A DNA stretch of 42,064 bases from Candidatus Parcubacteria bacterium (GTDB lineage Bacteria; Patescibacteriota; Patescibacteriia; Magasanikbacterales; UBA922): the NCBI GenBank assembly GCA_002869205.1, contig PKTJ01000043.1:1-42064 (forward strand). The letters are read 5' to 3'. The notes under the pieces are model-generated. The model ran no database searches. It saw only the letters and a list, made by a program, of their open reading frames with translations, and was not told the origin of the DNA. Shown one piece after another: positions 1-10,300 of the stretch (its first letter is position 1; each line of letters begins with the position of its first letter). Both the position numbers and the translations under genes were made by a program.

Positions 1-116
1 AGAGGTTTGACTTCTTCTTTTGAGCGCACTAAAGAATAATCCATGTTTAATTTTTGTAGGATTTTTTCGTGTTCTATTACTGAGCCTTGGATGGCGAGAA
101 TGCCTATGTTTTTCAT
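1..116 (-). CDS. pdxT: PLP synthase glutaminase subunit PdxT, N-terminal part (runs off the window)
   Basis: Hand translation from ATG at 116: MKNIGILAIQGSVIEHEKILQKLNMDYSLVRSKEEVKP, matching the PdxT N-terminal GxLAxQGxxxEH motif. Lies directly downstream of pdxS on the same strand. Confidence 0.92.
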   Translation of the reverse strand, partial: MKNIGILAIQGSVIEHEKILQKLNMDYSLVRSKEEVKP

Positions 117-137
117 ACGTGTTTGGTAGTTAAAAAC

Positions 138-241
138 GCAACTCACCCCTAACCCCTCTCTTACTAGAGAGGGGAACTAAAGAAAGACGTACTTAATACA
201 GCTTCTCCCTCTTCGTAAGAGGGAGGTCGGGAGGGAGTTGC
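138..241. repeat. Inverted pair of REP-like palindromes (CCCTCT..AGAGGG family) between pdxS and pdxT
   Basis: The reverse complement of 138-174 (cccctctctagtaagagaggggttaggggtgagttgc) resembles 205-241 (ctccctcttcgtaagagggaggtcgggagggagttgc). Each unit contains its own hairpin. Confidence 0.8.
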
Positions 242-250
242 GTGACACTA

Positions 251-1111
251 TTACCTTCCTGCGAATTTAGTGTCTAGTTTGTCAATTTCAAGGCTTTTCA
301 TGGTTTTGCCGAGACCTGCTGAGACTTCAGCGATGATTTCTGGTTTGTCGTAGTTCATGGTTGCTTTGACAATCGCATCTGCCATTTTTTGTGGGTCTTC
401 TGCACCAAATATTCCTGATCCAACAAATACACCTTCAGCGCCCATTTGCATCATCATAGCCGCGTCTGCTGGGGTAGCAATACCGCCGGCAACAAACATG
501 ACAACTGGAAGTTTCTTTTGCTCACACACCATTTTTACGATACTCACCGGTACGCGATATTCTGTGGCTTTTTCTTCGAGATTATTTTCAGTAAGTTCTG
601 CTATTTCACGTTGGACTTGTCTTACATGACGCATGGCTTCCACAATATTTCCTGTTCCTGCTTCGCCTTTGGTGCGGATCATGGCTGCTCCTTCATGAAG
701 TCTACGCACTGCTTCTCCGAGATTGCGACATCCACAGACGAATGGGAGTTTGAAATTATTTTTATCAATATGAAATTCTTCATCAGCCGGAGTTAGTACT
801 TCCGATTCATCAATATAGTCGATGTCGAGTGATTCAAGTACTTGTGCTTCGACAAAGTGTCCGATGCGGACTTTTGCCATGACAGGAATACTGACTACTT
901 TTTTAATTTCAGTAATCATATTTGGGTCAGACATGCGTGCGACACCACCATCTTCACGGATTTGAGATGGGATGCGTTCGAGTGCCATGACAGCGACCGC
1001 TCCTGCAGCTTCAGCAATCTTGGCCTGTTCAACATTCATGACATCCATGATGACGCCACCTTTGAGCATTTGTGCGAGTCCTGATTTGAGTTCAAATGTA
1101 TTTTTTTCCAT
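251..1111 (-). CDS. pdxS: Pyridoxal 5'-phosphate synthase lyase subunit PdxS
   Basis: 286 aa with [46 protein letters not shown] and [10 protein letters not shown] motifs. Confidence 0.98.
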   Translation of the reverse strand: MEKNTFELKSGLAQMLKGGVIMDVMNVEQAKIAEAAGAVAVMALERIPSQIREDGGVARMSDPNMITEIKKVVSIPVMAKVRIGHFVEAQVLESLDIDYIDESEVLTPADEEFHIDKNNFKLPFVCGCRNLGEAVRRLHEGAAMIRTKGEAGTGNIVEAMRHVRQVQREIAELTENNLEEKATEYRVPVSIVKMVCEQKKLPVVMFVAGGIATPADAAMMMQMGAEGVFVGSGIFGAEDPQKMADAIVKATMNYDKPEIIAEVSAGLGKTMKSLEIDKLDTKFAGR

Positions 1112-1450
1112 ATATTTTTATTAGAATAATGTTGCTAAATAATACTATAGTATCCATGTATGTGCAAGATATAAAAAGACCGGGTTTTACCGGTATTTTG
1201 TTATCGCTTTTTAGAATCATCGCCACCTTTTGAATATGTGTGCAGAAAACAAACCCGGTTTTATATAGGGGTTTGAAAGCCATTTTTTGGCTACAGAATG
1301 TTGTTTTTTTCTATTCGTTTTCATATATCATTTATGATACTATATTATATTTTTATATGCAAACAGGGTGTTTACAAGCTTGATTCAAGGTGTGAAAAAT
1401 GTTAAAGTACGAGTACTTTATACTTTTTACTTTATAACTTTCTACTTATT

Positions 1451-2182
1451 ATGTCAGGACATTCAAAATGGTCTAAAATTAGACATAAAAAAGGAGCTGC
1501 GGATGCTAAACGTAGCAATATTTTTACCAAATTAGGCAAGGCAATTACGGTTGCGGCGCAACAAGGTGGAGGAGATTTAGAAATGAATTTTTCTTTGCGC
1601 ATGGCAGTAGAGAAGGCAAAATCAGCCAATATGCCAAAAGACAATATTGAAAAAGCGATAAAAAAGGGTACAGGTGAGTCGAAAGACGGTGTGGTATTAC
1701 AAGAGGTTGTATATGAGGCGTTTGGTCCAAATGGTGTAGCCATCCTCATCGAGTCAGTGACCGATAATACCAACAGGAGTGTATCTGAAATAAAAGGTGT
1801 AATAAATAAATACAATGGTTCGCTTGGTGGGCCGGGTAGTGTGCAGTGGCAGTTTGAGCAGCGTGGAGTTGTGAGATTTACGGCTGACAAGAAATCTGAA
1901 ATTGCTGATTGGGATAGCGCGCAGCTCGAACTCATGGATGCGGGTGTGGAAGATATTCGAGATAGTGAAGAAGGGGTTGAACTTCTCAGTACTCGTGAAA
2001 GTTTTCAAAAAATGATAGATGCAATCCAAAAACTTGGTGTTGATCCAGACGATTCTGGACTGGAGTGGGTTGCAAAAGAAACCATTGATTTGGATCCAAG
2101 CGTGAGTGAAAGTGTAGAGAAATTAGTAGACGCACTTGATGAGCTTGATGATGTGAAAGAGGTATATACGAATGAAGCATAG
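1451..2182 (+). CDS. yebC: YebC/PmpR family protein
   Basis: N-terminus MSGHSKWSKIRHKKG, plus ANMPKDNIEKAIKK and the C-terminal DDVKEVYTN. Sits in the conserved yebC-ruvC order. Confidence 0.97.
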   Translation: MSGHSKWSKIRHKKGAADAKRSNIFTKLGKAITVAAQQGGGDLEMNFSLRMAVEKAKSANMPKDNIEKAIKKGTGESKDGVVLQEVVYEAFGPNGVAILIESVTDNTNRSVSEIKGVINKYNGSLGGPGSVQWQFEQRGVVRFTADKKSEIADWDSAQLELMDAGVEDIRDSEEGVELLSTRESFQKMIDAIQKLGVDPDDSGLEWVAKETIDLDPSVSESVEKLVDALDELDDVKEVYTNEA

Positions 2183-2196
2183 CCTTATTGAAATTT

Positions 2197-2706
2197 ATGA
2201 CCTCCTCAACAAAAACAAAACAACGTATCCTCGGCATAGACCCTGGTTTTGGTCGTACTGGGTTTGGTGTTATTGAAAAAGTAAAAGGCGAATGGTCTTT
2301 GGTAGATTATGGGTGTATTGAAACGTCAACAAAAGATTCGTTTGTGGAGCGTATTGAGGAGCTCAGTCTCGAACTTCAAAAAGTTATCAAGAAATATAAG
2401 CCAACTCATGCAGGAGTAGAAGATCTCTTCTTTGCAAAGAATGTCACGACGGCGGTGAAGGTGGGGCAGGCGAGAGGGGTCATATTACTCACTCTCAGAC
2501 AGGCTCGTGTTCCGATATATGAGTTTACACCACTTCAGGTGAAGCAAAGTGTGACAGGATATGGTCGCGCAGAAAAGGGACAGCTTCAGCGTATGGTAAA
2601 GATGATACTGAATGTAAAAAAACCCATAACCCCAGACGATGCAGCGGACGCTCTGGCAGTCGCGCTCACTTGCGGGGCTTCTATGAAAATGTTATCTACA
2701 AGATAG
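2197..2706 (+). CDS. ruvC: Holliday junction resolvase RuvC
   Basis: ILGIDPG, VEDLFFAKN, GQARG, TPLQVKQSVTGYGRAEK and DDAADALA motifs. ATG 2197 is preferred over TTG 2188. Confidence 0.97.
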   Translation: MTSSTKTKQRILGIDPGFGRTGFGVIEKVKGEWSLVDYGCIETSTKDSFVERIEELSLELQKVIKKYKPTHAGVEDLFFAKNVTTAVKVGQARGVILLTLRQARVPIYEFTPLQVKQSVTGYGRAEKGQLQRMVKMILNVKKPITPDDAADALAVALTCGASMKMLSTR

Positions 2707-2729
2707 CATTTTTTTGTATGCATTTTTTG

Positions 2730-2738
2730 TGTTATACT
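2730..2738 (+). promoter_or_regulatory. Extended -10 promoter element (TGtTATACT)
   Basis: TGnTATAAT-like element about 35 nt upstream of ATG 2773. Confidence 0.5.
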
Positions 2739-2772
2739 ATTGGCATCTCTATTTTTTAAACTGTGTTAATAT

Positions 2773-5700
2773 ATGGCCTTTTTTAGCATCATACAAAAAT
2801 ATGTCTGGCTCACCATAATCATTTTAGGATTAGGCCTGTCTGGTGTTTTTTTGCCGCGCTTGTATGACGGGTATGTAGATGTTGTTCAGGCTGGTGATGG
2901 CTCTAGTATAGATACCCCAATCACGATCTGTGATAGTGGGTGTGATTACACGACAATTAATGATGCTTTTTCTGCTGGTGGTGCGAGTAAATATTATGAA
3001 GTTCAAGCGGGGTTTACTTCATTTAGTGATTCTTTTATTACTGATGTCCCTACGAGTAGTTATTTCACATGTGCATCAAATGATATTGTTGTAATAAGTT
3101 CGAGTACTGCTCAAATTGAATGGGGTATGTCTGAAGGTGCAACTCTTACAGGGTGTTCTTTTAATAATGTAAACATAGGACAAAATAAACCTGAAGGAAT
3201 ATATCAACCAGCTACTGGCGTTACTATTAGTGATAATATATTTACCACCACAAGCCCTTCTTTTATATATGGATCTGTGAGTACAACCAATTGGACGGTG
3301 AGTGGTAATATAGGTTTGAATGGGTTTAACATTACACCAAAGTGTAATAACTGTACTATTTCTGGTAATACCATACATATTACTTCATCAACTGATACTT
3401 CCGGTATAAAGATTTCTGGTGATAGTATAAATATCTTGAGTAATACAATACAGGGTTATGTGTCAGACGGAGGCGCTTATGGTAGTGTAATTGAAAGTGA
3501 TAGTGGACTTAGTAATACACTCATTGCGACAAACACAATTAGCTTTCCTACTCCTGTTGTTACAACAAGCTATAATTTCAATGCTATACATATGTATAGT
3601 AGTAGCGGTATGGATTCTAGTGTGACAAGCACAATAATTCGGGGTAATCGTATCATCGTTCGTTATGATGATAGTCAAACATTGGGGAATAGTTCAGAGG
3701 CAGCTGTTAATGTAATAGATATTTCGGCTACCAGCACGGGTCAAATAGCAGTAGAAATCTCTCATAATACCATTGTATGTGATCCTCATTGTACCAATGC
3801 TATTTCTTTTGGAGGTTGGTCTAGTCCAGATTCTTCTGCCGCTGTTACTAGTACCTATAATATTTTTTATAGTGCTGAACTTTTTAACAGTGACGGTAAT
3901 ACTGATACTGCTGTGGAATTTAATTCTGGTATCAGTTCGCCAACAGTATATGAGGATTATAATGTTTTTTATAATTTTTCTACAAATTTAAATTATAGTA
4001 ATTCAAGTCAAACTATTGGATCAAACTCCCTTACCTCTGATCCTGGTCTTCGTCTTCTTGATTCTAATACTTTCAATGATTGGATGCTTGCACCATACTC
4101 TAATCTATTTGATGTGAATGGTACGGTGGATATAGGCGCAGATACTGGTAGTCGTGGAAGTACGTTTGTCATAGATGCTGACGGTACAGTGGATTATTCC
4201 ACAATACATGCTACCACTACGGCAGCACTTTCTTCTGCTACGAGTAGTGATACATGGAATATTTATGGCGGTGTGTATGATGGCTTTTCTCTATCTTCTA
4301 TAACAGGTTTTACATTAGCTGGTCAAGAAGACGGAGTTATTCTTAGTGCAGGTGCCTCGAGTAATCCTATTAGATTGTCATCTGTAGATAATTCTACTTT
4401 TTCCAATTTAACTGTGAGAAACGCGAGCTCTACATCAGAGTCATTTACTGTTACAATAAATCCATATTCACTTGATGGGACAGATTATGATGGAGATTGT
4501 GATCCTTGTATGGAGTTCGTGTTTGCTGATGAAGGCGCGTCTGAAAGTGATATGATTCTTTCAATTACAGAAAATAACCAAAGTGTTGCAGATGTTATTG
4601 ACGATACACCTCAGACATGGAATCTTGCACTTTTGAAAGTAGAGGAGGTAGATATGGGGGAGCCATTGACGTCTTATGTGACAGGATATTATGACGATAA
4701 TGAATTTTCTAACCAGGCCGCAGTGCAGACGTTTTGGGATGATATGTATGCTGGCGAGGATGTGACAACTACTATTATGCATTGGCATGAAGATCTCTTT
4801 GTTTATACCAATGGTGCTTATGTATATACCGCACCGACTGGGCCAACACTTTTAGAAGGGTTTAATTCTGGTACACCGGAAATTGCTCGTTCTTTATCAT
4901 ATTATAATGCGGGAATTTATTTATCCAATTCAGATACCAATACGTTTTCAAATGTTACCTCTACGGCGAGCACATACAACGTTCACTTTACTGGAACTTC
5001 AGCGGGTAATAATATAAATGACGCAGTGTTAGCAAATGCAATAAGCTATGATATTTTGGCAGACGGTTCAGGAGACAATAATATAAAAAATACGAGCTTT
5101 TCGACTGCATCAACTAGTATTACCTCTACCGGTGATGTGAATGTCTATTATAAAATGAGAGCACTTGTTACCACGACATCATCTGGTGTAGAAGGAATGG
5201 ATGTTACATTTGAAGACGCGGGTAGTAATGCTTCGTCAACGCTCAGTACAGACTCTGATGGATATACATCATACACAGATTATCTTCTTGCGTGGGTGAT
5301 GGATAGTACTACCACGACAGACAAAACAAATGGTACATATAATCCATACACGATTTCGGCAGCGGCTACTTCGACATATGCTGCCACTTCCACAGCAGCC
5401 ACGCTTGATAGTATAAATGAGACAATAACACTTATAACGGGTAGTGCACCAACGGCGCCAGCTTTATCTAGTGGAAGTATTGGCGCGACGACATCTACTA
5501 TAGAGTGGACTGATAATGCTGATGATGAGACAGGTTTTGTGTGGCTTATTTCGACTGATGATGAGACATATACTACTGCCACTACAACTTCTGCAAATGT
5601 TACATCTGCTTCGATCACTGGTCTCACACCTAATACCGTATACTATGCAAAAATAGCTGCCTTTAATACATATGGCACTTCCACATATTATAGTTGGGGA

Positions 5701-7239
5701 GGGGATGATGATACCACGACTAATCCAGCTATTCCATCTTCTCTTGCTACATCAGCTGATGGCACAGACAGTATTATTCTTACATGGGGGGCAAATTCAA
5801 ATCCAGCGACGACAGTATATGATTTGCGCTATGATGGAGACGACTATGCGACATCTATTACAACAACAATAGATAGGAGCTACACGATGACCGGACTGAG
5901 TGCTGGCACAACCTATACCTTCAAAGTGCGAGCACAATATCTGACGAGTTCGACATTGTATTCAAATTATTCAGATACAGCGAGTGCGACGACTGACTCA
6001 GCAGCTTCAGAAGAGGTGGTGAGTGGTGGTGGGGGAGGATCTGTCGCGCCGGCACCACCGAGTGCTCCAAGTACTGCGTCAGCCCCTACGGTGAGTGTTT
6101 CTGTAGAACCAAATACACCACAAATTGTGGCGATAGGTAATACATCTCACACGGTTACTGCAGCCGCTCCGGCAGCAGATGGTAGTGTTGTTATTACTAT
6201 TCAATCTGACCCAGTTACGATTACTCTCCTGCCAAAAGAAGAGCGTCTGATTGACACTAATACTGATGGAGAAAATGACTTGTTTGTAAGACTTGATAGC
6301 GCAAATGAAGATATCGTACAAGTTACGCTGTCTGCTATAGATGATCTTGAATTTAGTATTAATCGTGCTCTTTCTACTACAGAATCACAAGATGTGATAC
6401 TTCATTTCAATTCACCACATGCAGTCATGGTAGCTATTTCTAATACTGCAGATTTTGAAGGTGTTTCGTATCAGTCATACATGTCAGAAATCCCATGGAC
6501 ACTGACTGAAGGCAGTGGCGAGAAAACAGTATATGTGAAATTGAGAACCGCACAAGGTGGTACCAGAGACGTGAGTGACACTATTGTTCGTGTTGTTGCA
6601 GATGTTCCTTCAGATGTAGTCATTCCAGAAGGGGAATGTCCTTTGGATGTAGAAAAGGCATATAAGCACGAAAAACATTCTGGAGTTTATTATATTACAG
6701 ACACATGTACCAAACGTGCGTTTATGGATGAGAGTACATTCTTCTCTTACTTTGTTTCATGGGACGGTGTTTCTGTGGTAGCAGAAGAGAAATTGGCAAT
6801 GGTACCTCGTGACGTGCTTGAATTTATGCCAAAAGGATCTCTATACATACCTCTTGAAAGTAGTCTTGTTAAGACGGTAACTGATCCAAGTGTGTATTTA
6901 TTATTTAGTGGTCAAAAACACTTGATCGCATCGCCAACTGTGTTTAAAGCGCTTGGGTATGCATGGAATTGGATTGAAGATGTTGCATCATCTTTGCTTG
7001 ATAAGTTTTCATCAGGAGAAAATATTTCTGAGTCTGGTACGCATCCGAATTATACATTGATTACCTATCCAGATTCATCAGAAATATACCGTATTGAACC
7101 TGACCAAAATGATGCGACAAAGCAGGTCAAGAGGTGTATTAAAAATGAAGAGGTGTTTGAGAGTTATGGGTTTAAATGGGAGAGGGTTGTGGAAATAGAT
7201 GAGAGTGAGACGTACGCAGATGGGGCACCTTTGCAATAA
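2773..7239 (+). CDS. Giant exported surface protein, class A: beta-helix (pectin-lyase-like) head, FN3 repeats, G/P linker, triple C-terminal repeat
   Basis: 1488 aa. N-terminal hydrophobic segment; CDYTTINDA and repeated (V/I)xGNxI rungs typical of a right-handed beta-helix; FN3 motifs (ITGLTPNTVYYAKIAAFN, MTGLSAGTTYTFKVRA). The C-terminal ~400 aa is paralogous to 23358..27854. Confidence 0.85.
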   Translation: MAFFSIIQKYVWLTIIILGLGLSGVFLPRLYDGYVDVVQAGDGSSIDTPITICDSGCDYTTINDAFSAGGASKYYEVQAGFTSFSDSFITDVPTSSYFTCASNDIVVISSSTAQIEWGMSEGATLTGCSFNNVNIGQNKPEGIYQPATGVTISDNIFTTTSPSFIYGSVSTTNWTVSGNIGLNGFNITPKCNNCTISGNTIHITSSTDTSGIKISGDSINILSNTIQGYVSDGGAYGSVIESDSGLSNTLIATNTISFPTPVVTTSYNFNAIHMYSSSGMDSSVTSTIIRGNRIIVRYDDSQTLGNSSEAAVNVIDISATSTGQIAVEISHNTIVCDPHCTNAISFGGWSSPDSSAAVTSTYNIFYSAELFNSDGNTDTAVEFNSGISSPTVYEDYNVFYNFSTNLNYSNSSQTIGSNSLTSDPGLRLLDSNTFNDWMLAPYSNLFDVNGTVDIGADTGSRGSTFVIDADGTVDYSTIHATTTAALSSATSSDTWNIYGGVYDGFSLSSITGFTLAGQEDGVILSAGASSNPIRLSSVDNSTFSNLTVRNASSTSESFTVTINPYSLDGTDYDGDCDPCMEFVFADEGASESDMILSITENNQSVADVIDDTPQTWNLALLKVEEVDMGEPLTSYVTGYYDDNEFSNQAAVQTFWDDMYAGEDVTTTIMHWHEDLFVYTNGAYVYTAPTGPTLLEGFNSGTPEIARSLSYYNAGIYLSNSDTNTFSNVTSTASTYNVHFTGTSAGNNINDAVLANAISYDILADGSGDNNIKNTSFSTASTSITSTGDVNVYYKMRALVTTTSSGVEGMDVTFEDAGSNASSTLSTDSDGYTSYTDYLLAWVMDSTTTTDKTNGTYNPYTISAAATSTYAATSTAATLDSINETITLITGSAPTAPALSSGSIGATTSTIEWTDNADDETGFVWLISTDDETYTTATTTSANVTSASITGLTPNTVYYAKIAAFNTYGTSTYYSWGGDDDTTTNPAIPSSLATSADGTDSIILTWGANSNPATTVYDLRYDGDDYATSITTTIDRSYTMTGLSAGTTYTFKVRAQYLTSSTLYSNYSDTASATTDSAASEEVVSGGGGGSVAPAPPSAPSTASAPTVSVSVEPNTPQIVAIGNTSHTVTAAAPAADGSVVITIQSDPVTITLLPKEERLIDTNTDGENDLFVRLDSANEDIVQVTLSAIDDLEFSINRALSTTESQDVILHFNSPHAVMVAISNTADFEGVSYQSYMSEIPWTLTEGSGEKTVYVKLRTAQGGTRDVSDTIVRVVADVPSDVVIPEGECPLDVEKAYKHEKHSGVYYITDTCTKRAFMDESTFFSYFVSWDGVSVVAEEKLAMVPRDVLEFMPKGSLYIPLESSLVKTVTDPSVYLLFSGQKHLIASPTVFKALGYAWNWIEDVASSLLDKFSSGENISESGTHPNYTLITYPDSSEIYRIEPDQNDATKQVKRCIKNEEVFESYGFKWERVVEIDESETYADGAPLQ

Positions 7240-7240
7240 A

Positions 7241-7290
7241 AATAAAGACAAAAAGCACTCGTTTATGACGGGTGTTTTTTTGTCTTTATT
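7241..7290 (+). terminator. Intrinsic terminator
   Basis: Long hairpin aataaagacaaaaagcactcgt-ttatg-acgggtgtttttttgtctttatt immediately after the stop codon. Confidence 0.75.
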
Positions 7291-7326
7291 TATCCACTTT
7301 TGAGTCAAATAATAAACATATTTTTG

Positions 7327-7335
7327 TGTTATAAT
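7327..7335 (+). promoter_or_regulatory. Extended -10 promoter element (TGtTATAAT)
   Basis: Perfect TGnTATAAT. It lies too close to GTG 7338 for that to be the start, so ATG 7374 or 7383 is more likely. Confidence 0.55.
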
Positions 7336-7373
7336 ATGTGTGTATTTTTGTACAAATTATTCATGATAATTTC

Positions 7374-10300
7374 ATGAATGTGATGAGGAAAAGACATCAT
7401 TATTTTGGTTCCATAAGACCTGGAAAAAAGGTCAATTTTTTGTATCTATGGGTTGGAATTATTGTTCTTGGTTTAGGGATTTTGGGAAGTTTATTTTTTC
7501 AGAGATTTGTATTTGCAGCTATTACGGATTATGAGGCAGTAGGGACATATGTTGTTTCTGATGGGGATGCAGGCACTTCGGTCGTAGTGGATGATGAATT
7601 AAATCCACATGTGTTTTATTCCACAGACACTACAAGTATTTGCGGTTCTGCCGATCGGTATGTGCATTCTTACAAGGATGAAGGTGTTTGGACACACGAG
7701 TGTCTGGATGCCGATGATAATAGTTCTACCAGAGGGTTTATTAGCGCGGTTTTTAGAAATTCAGGAGGGCAGCAACTGATTTATGTGGCATATAGGGCGA
7801 GTAATGACATGTCATTTAAATATAAACAAAAAACTACCGCACAGAGCTGGAGTGATGTAAGTTGGCAGGATGGATCTGCAACAATTACCTCTTCGAATGC
7901 TGTTGTGAGTTCGGCAGATTTGATTTTGGATGGTAATGGATATATTACACTGGCGTATATTGATGGTGACACGTCTGATGCTGATGCATATTTTTACCAA
8001 GATACTGACAATGATTTGAGCTTTGCTGATGAGACGAGGAAGACCATAGCGACCAATTTTCAGAGTTATGTGTATGGTTATTTCAATACAATTGAGCTTG
8101 CTCTTAGGCCGAGCACAGCTGATACGTTTAGTGTAATTTGGGGAACTGGTCCACAATATAGAAATATATCAAATCAAGCGAGGATTTATTATGAACATTA
8201 CGATGGCGATTGGGATAATACGGGTACAACGATTTGTGACAATGTAAATGGGTGTTATTCCCCATCTATCGCATATAGGAGTAACGGTGATGTGGTGGTT
8301 TCTTATTTTGAAATAGAAACTTATCCAAATAGCAGGCTAGAGACTGCGTACTATGATGATTCAGAGACAAGTTGGTCTACTAATAATCTAATAGCGACAC
8401 TTTCGAGCACTGAATGGCCTCATACCGCTATGACAGTAACAAGTGATGATCGAGTACATCTTTCATATGGTAATACGACAGGTGGTTTGGCTCGTTATAC
8501 ATATAGCGACACAGGTGTGAGTTCCTGGGCAAGTACCCAAAATATTGGATACATGGAAAAGAGGTTAGATATGTATCCTCGAGATACCTATGTGCATATT
8601 GCCGGTCATGCCGACACCTCAGAAGGTAGTGGGCGCATATATTACACCACGGATGATCCGGGTAACAATCCTCCGACCGTTACTGATATTAGTCCGCAGC
8701 AGACATCCACAAGTTTAGTTACTGTGACCACGACTATTGCGGATGCAAATAGTGATGTGACAAGTCTCATGGTCGAACATTCGACTGATGGAAGTTCTTG
8801 GTCTTCGAGTACTATTGGTACGGCAACACAAAATAGTGAAGGAGATGGTACAGTGACATCAACTGCTCAGATTACTGATATTGATACTGATAATGATGGT
8901 AGTGTTGATCTTACATTTACATGGAATGTAGGTGTGGATGTGCCAAACACAGAAACTTCCACAGTGTATCTAAAAATCACACCAAATGATGGTACGGTAG
9001 ATGGTGATGTGGTGAGTTCCACTGCTTTTGCTATCGATACAAGGGATCCTACTGTGCCGGGAAGTCTTAGTGTTAATACAACATCTACGCAAGCAGTCAT
9101 TTTAAATTTTGGCACAACGAGTACTGATAGTAATTTTTCTGAATATAAACTATTTTATAAGACTTCTAGCCCAGTTACAGAATCTGACACAGCGTTTACT
9201 TCTAGCTCTGATATAAATTTGGCTACCTCCACACTCAATGGAGTTTCCACAACTACTATTTCTGGTTTTGCTACAAACACACTTTATTATGTGAATATTT
9301 GGGCATATGATACATGGGGGAATGCGACTTCTTCCCCTAATGAAGTTAGTTTCTATACATTAGCAAACACTCCAACAGGACTTACCAATAGTGCACTTGC
9401 GACGAGTACGGCAAGTTTTAATGTTTCTGCGTTTAATAATGATTCATTAGGTTCTTCTGGATATTATTTTGATCTCACACTTACTGCCAATGGATCTTCT
9501 GTGTCTAGTTCGAGCTGGCAATCAGGGGACAACACTTGGTCTGTGTCGTCGCTTACACCAAATACAGGGTATACTATAGAAGCAATGTATCGTAACGGCG
9601 ATGGTGTGGAGACAGTCACTACGAGTTTGAGTTTTACAACATTATCAAATGAAATTTCATCTATAACTCCTACTGTGGATTCAGATACTCAGATTACGTT
9701 GGCTTGGACAGGAGATTCTACAGAGTATCGATCACAAAATTATACGATTAGTTCTACAACCGAATGGTCTGCCAACACATCTTCTGTATGGTCTGGTCTC
9801 ACACCAAACACGACATACGAGTTCTTGGTTCAAGGTAGTAATGGTTTGGGGGTCACAACTACATGGTCTAGCACGAGTACTGCAGTTACCTATTCTACTA
9901 TTCCTGCTTCAGTTTCTGCTACGCCAAATTCGTCTTCTCAAATTACTGTTTCTTGGGTCGCGGTAAATAGCTCGTGGTATCAAGTAGAGAGAGTTGACAC
10001 GAGTGCGACTTCATCGTGGACACAAAGTAACTCCATATCTTTTTCTGGATTGTCGGCAGATACAGAATATAGTTTTCGGGTAAAAGCAAAAAATTCACAA
10101 GATGATGAAACTGATTGGAGTTCTGCAGTGTCAATAACCACGGATGATCAGGTTGATACTGGTACAGGTGATTCTTGTTCAGATGTAGATAATCCGACAG
10201 GTGAGTTTACTATAAATAATGGAGATAAATATACGTCTAGTACAGACATTTTTTTCAATTTCTTTAATCTCAGCGAAGGTGCTTCAAAATATAGTGTTGC

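Noticed and set aside
2197-2706. RuvC as a TnpB/Cas12-type nuclease
   Set aside because: It is a ~170-aa canonical resolvase in the standard yebC-ruvC context.
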